Source: an uncultured Actinomycetes bacterium (GTDB lineage: Bacteria; Actinomycetota; Acidimicrobiia; IMCC26256; JACDBD01). Taken from it: 64,000 nt of DNA. Below the pieces are notes generated by a model. The model made no database searches, was not told the origin of the DNA, and worked only from the letters and a program-made list of their open reading frames with translations. A program made the translations under genes and the position numbers. The DNA is taken from assembly GCA_963768605.1 (NCBI GenBank), contig CAVYIP010000008.1, positions 102,684 through 166,683 on the forward strand, in the 5' to 3' direction. Shown piece after piece: positions 62,464 to 64,000 of the stretch (within the stretch, counting starts at the first letter, position 1; the number at the start of each line of letters is the position of its first letter).

Positions 62464-63837
62464 GTGGCCGACGTCGCCGCGCTCCTCGGCGAGGCGGTGT
62501 CGCCCGAGCACGTCCTAGCCGGCGACGAGATCAGCGACGACTACGCGCACGACGAAGCCCTCACCGCAACGCCCGAGATGCCGGCGTTCGTGGTCCGCCC
62601 CGGGAGCACGGCCGAGGTGTCGGACCTGCTGCGGATCGCGAACGAGCACAACATCCCGGTCACCGCACGCGGCAGCGGCACCGGCCTGTCGGGCGCGGCC
62701 GTCCCGCGCGCCGGCGGCATGGTCGTGTCGTTCGAGCGCATGAACGAGATCGTCGAGATCGACACGAGCAACCACGTCGCGGTCGTGCAACCCGGTGTCA
62801 CCCTCGACCAGCTCGACGAGGCAACGGCGGCGCACCGGCTCGTCTATCCGGTCTATCCGGGTGAGTACAGCTCGAGCCTCGGTGGCAACGTCGCCACGAA
62901 CGCGGGCGGCATGCGCGCCGTCAAGTACGGCGTGACGCGCCACCAGGTGCTCGGCCTCGAGGCGGTGCTCGCCAACGGCGACGTGATCCGCACCGGCGGC
63001 CGGTTCGTGAAGGCGACGACGGGCTACGACCTCACCCAGCTGATCATCGGGTCCGAAGGCACGCTCGCGCTCGTCACCGAGGCGATCCTCAAGCTCTACC
63101 CGCGTCCCGAGCACCAGGCGACCGTCCTCGCGCCGTTCCCGGTGCTCGAGGACGTGACGCGAGCGGTTCCCGCCATCGTCGCCAGCGGCATCGGGCCCCT
63201 GATCCTCGAGTACATCGACACGCTGACGATGGCCGCGATCACCGCGCACGTCGGCCTCGACCTCGGCGTCCCGCCCGAGATCAAGGACCGCGCGCTCGCC
63301 TACCTCGTCGTGATGATGGAGAACACGCACGCCGACCGGCTCGACGAGGACGTCCAGGCCCTCGGCGAGCAGCTCGCCGAGCTCGGCGCGCTCGACGTGT
63401 ACGTGCTGCCGCCGCAGGCCGCGACGCAGCTCATCGACGCCCGCGAGAAGGCGTTCTGGGTCGCCAAGGCCAACAACGCCGACGACATCGTCGACGTCGT
63501 CGTCCCGCGCTCGGCCGTCCCCGAGTTCATGGCCAAGGTCGCCGAGCTCGGGCAGACCTACCAGTCGCTGATCGCCGGGTGCGGTCACGCCGGAGACGGC
63601 AACGTCCACCTCTCGGTGTTCCAACCCGACGCCGAGCAGCGCTACAAGGTGCTGCGCGGCCTGTTCGAGGCGGGCATGGCGCTCGGCGGCGCCATCTCCG
63701 GCGAGCACGGTGTGGGCAAGGAGAAGAAGCGGTACTACCTCGAGCTCGAGGACCCGACCAAGGTCGAGCTCATGCGCCGCATCAAGACCGCGTTCGACCC
63801 GAACGGCATTCTCAACCCGGGCACTCTCTTCGACTGA
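62464..63837 (+). CDS. FAD-linked oxidase (GlcD/D-lactate dehydrogenase-like)
   Basis: GTG 62464, 457 aa uninterrupted. [29 protein letters not shown]. Confidence 0.85.
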   Translation: MADVAALLGEAVSPEHVLAGDEISDDYAHDEALTATPEMPAFVVRPGSTAEVSDLLRIANEHNIPVTARGSGTGLSGAAVPRAGGMVVSFERMNEIVEIDTSNHVAVVQPGVTLDQLDEATAAHRLVYPVYPGEYSSSLGGNVATNAGGMRAVKYGVTRHQVLGLEAVLANGDVIRTGGRFVKATTGYDLTQLIIGSEGTLALVTEAILKLYPRPEHQATVLAPFPVLEDVTRAVPAIVASGIGPLILEYIDTLTMAAITAHVGLDLGVPPEIKDRALAYLVVMMENTHADRLDEDVQALGEQLAELGALDVYVLPPQAATQLIDAREKAFWVAKANNADDIVDVVVPRSAVPEFMAKVAELGQTYQSLIAGCGHAGDGNVHLSVFQPDAEQRYKVLRGLFEAGMALGGAISGEHGVGKEKKRYYLELEDPTKVELMRRIKTAFDPNGILNPGTLFD

Positions 63838-63853
63838 GCCGCGGAGGCACACC

Positions 63854-64000
63854 ATGAACGGAGCGCAGGCGCTGATCCGGACGCTCGTCGACGGCGGCGT
63901 CGACGTGTGCTTCACGAACCCGGGCACGTCCGAGATGCACTTCGTCGCCGCGCTCGACTCGGTACCCGAGATGCGCGGCAACGCTCGGCCTGTTCGAAGG
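63854..64000 (+). CDS. thiamine-diphosphate enzyme (acetolactate synthase-like), N-terminus only; runs off window
   Basis: ATG 63854, [34 protein letters not shown]. An apparent frame switch near ~63972 precedes ...TLGLFEG. Confidence 0.7.
   Translation, partial: MNGAQALIRTLVDGGVDVCFTNPGTSEMHFVAALDSVPEMRGNARPVRR

Overview
High-GC actinobacterial-type chromosome segment. The evidence for that origin is a WhiB-like regulator, DinB/TIGR03083-type and F420/LLM-type enzymes, and frequent GTG starts with 4-nt start/stop overlaps. Most of 1-28.4 kb and 35.2-48.8 kb is a large lipid, steroid or alicyclic-type catabolic block. It holds two alpha-only Rieske oxygenases plus a KshB/PaaE-type reductase, a Baeyer-Villiger monooxygenase, PF04909 amidohydrolases, and a thiolase+DUF35 pair. 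It also holds a family III CoA-transferase, acyl-CoA ligases, crotonases, many SDRs, a split B12-dependent acyl-CoA mutase, a cytoplasmic molybdopterin oxidoreductase, SnoaL/NTF2 proteins and TetR regulators. Two accessory regions interrupt it. (i) 28.4-35.1 kb has a DUF4062-NB-ARC-TPR STAND NTPase, an APH-like kinase, an intact IS110 transposase, a TMEM175-like channel and a hydrolase. (ii) 48.9-61.8 kb is a 12.8-kb insert in the initiator tRNA-Met gene, bounded by perfect 60-bp direct repeats. It carries an excisionase-like gene, WhiB, a class III cyclase, TetR and small secreted or membrane proteins. I could not find an integrase in it. Other notable items are a secreted protein that reads as a PHM/DBH-like copper monooxygenase fused to a cupredoxin, two recurrent operator-like motifs in divergent promoter regions, and a fused E1 alpha-beta dehydrogenase. 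Many conserved genes can only be read by hopping between frames. About two dozen +/-1 switches fall in the first 10 kb and none in several long stretches. The contexts I could reconstruct look like single-base run-length errors, so sequencing artefact is at least as likely as real decay. All calls come from reading the sequence and ORF translations, with no database search. Family names are recognitions from motifs, and frame-switch positions are approximate.
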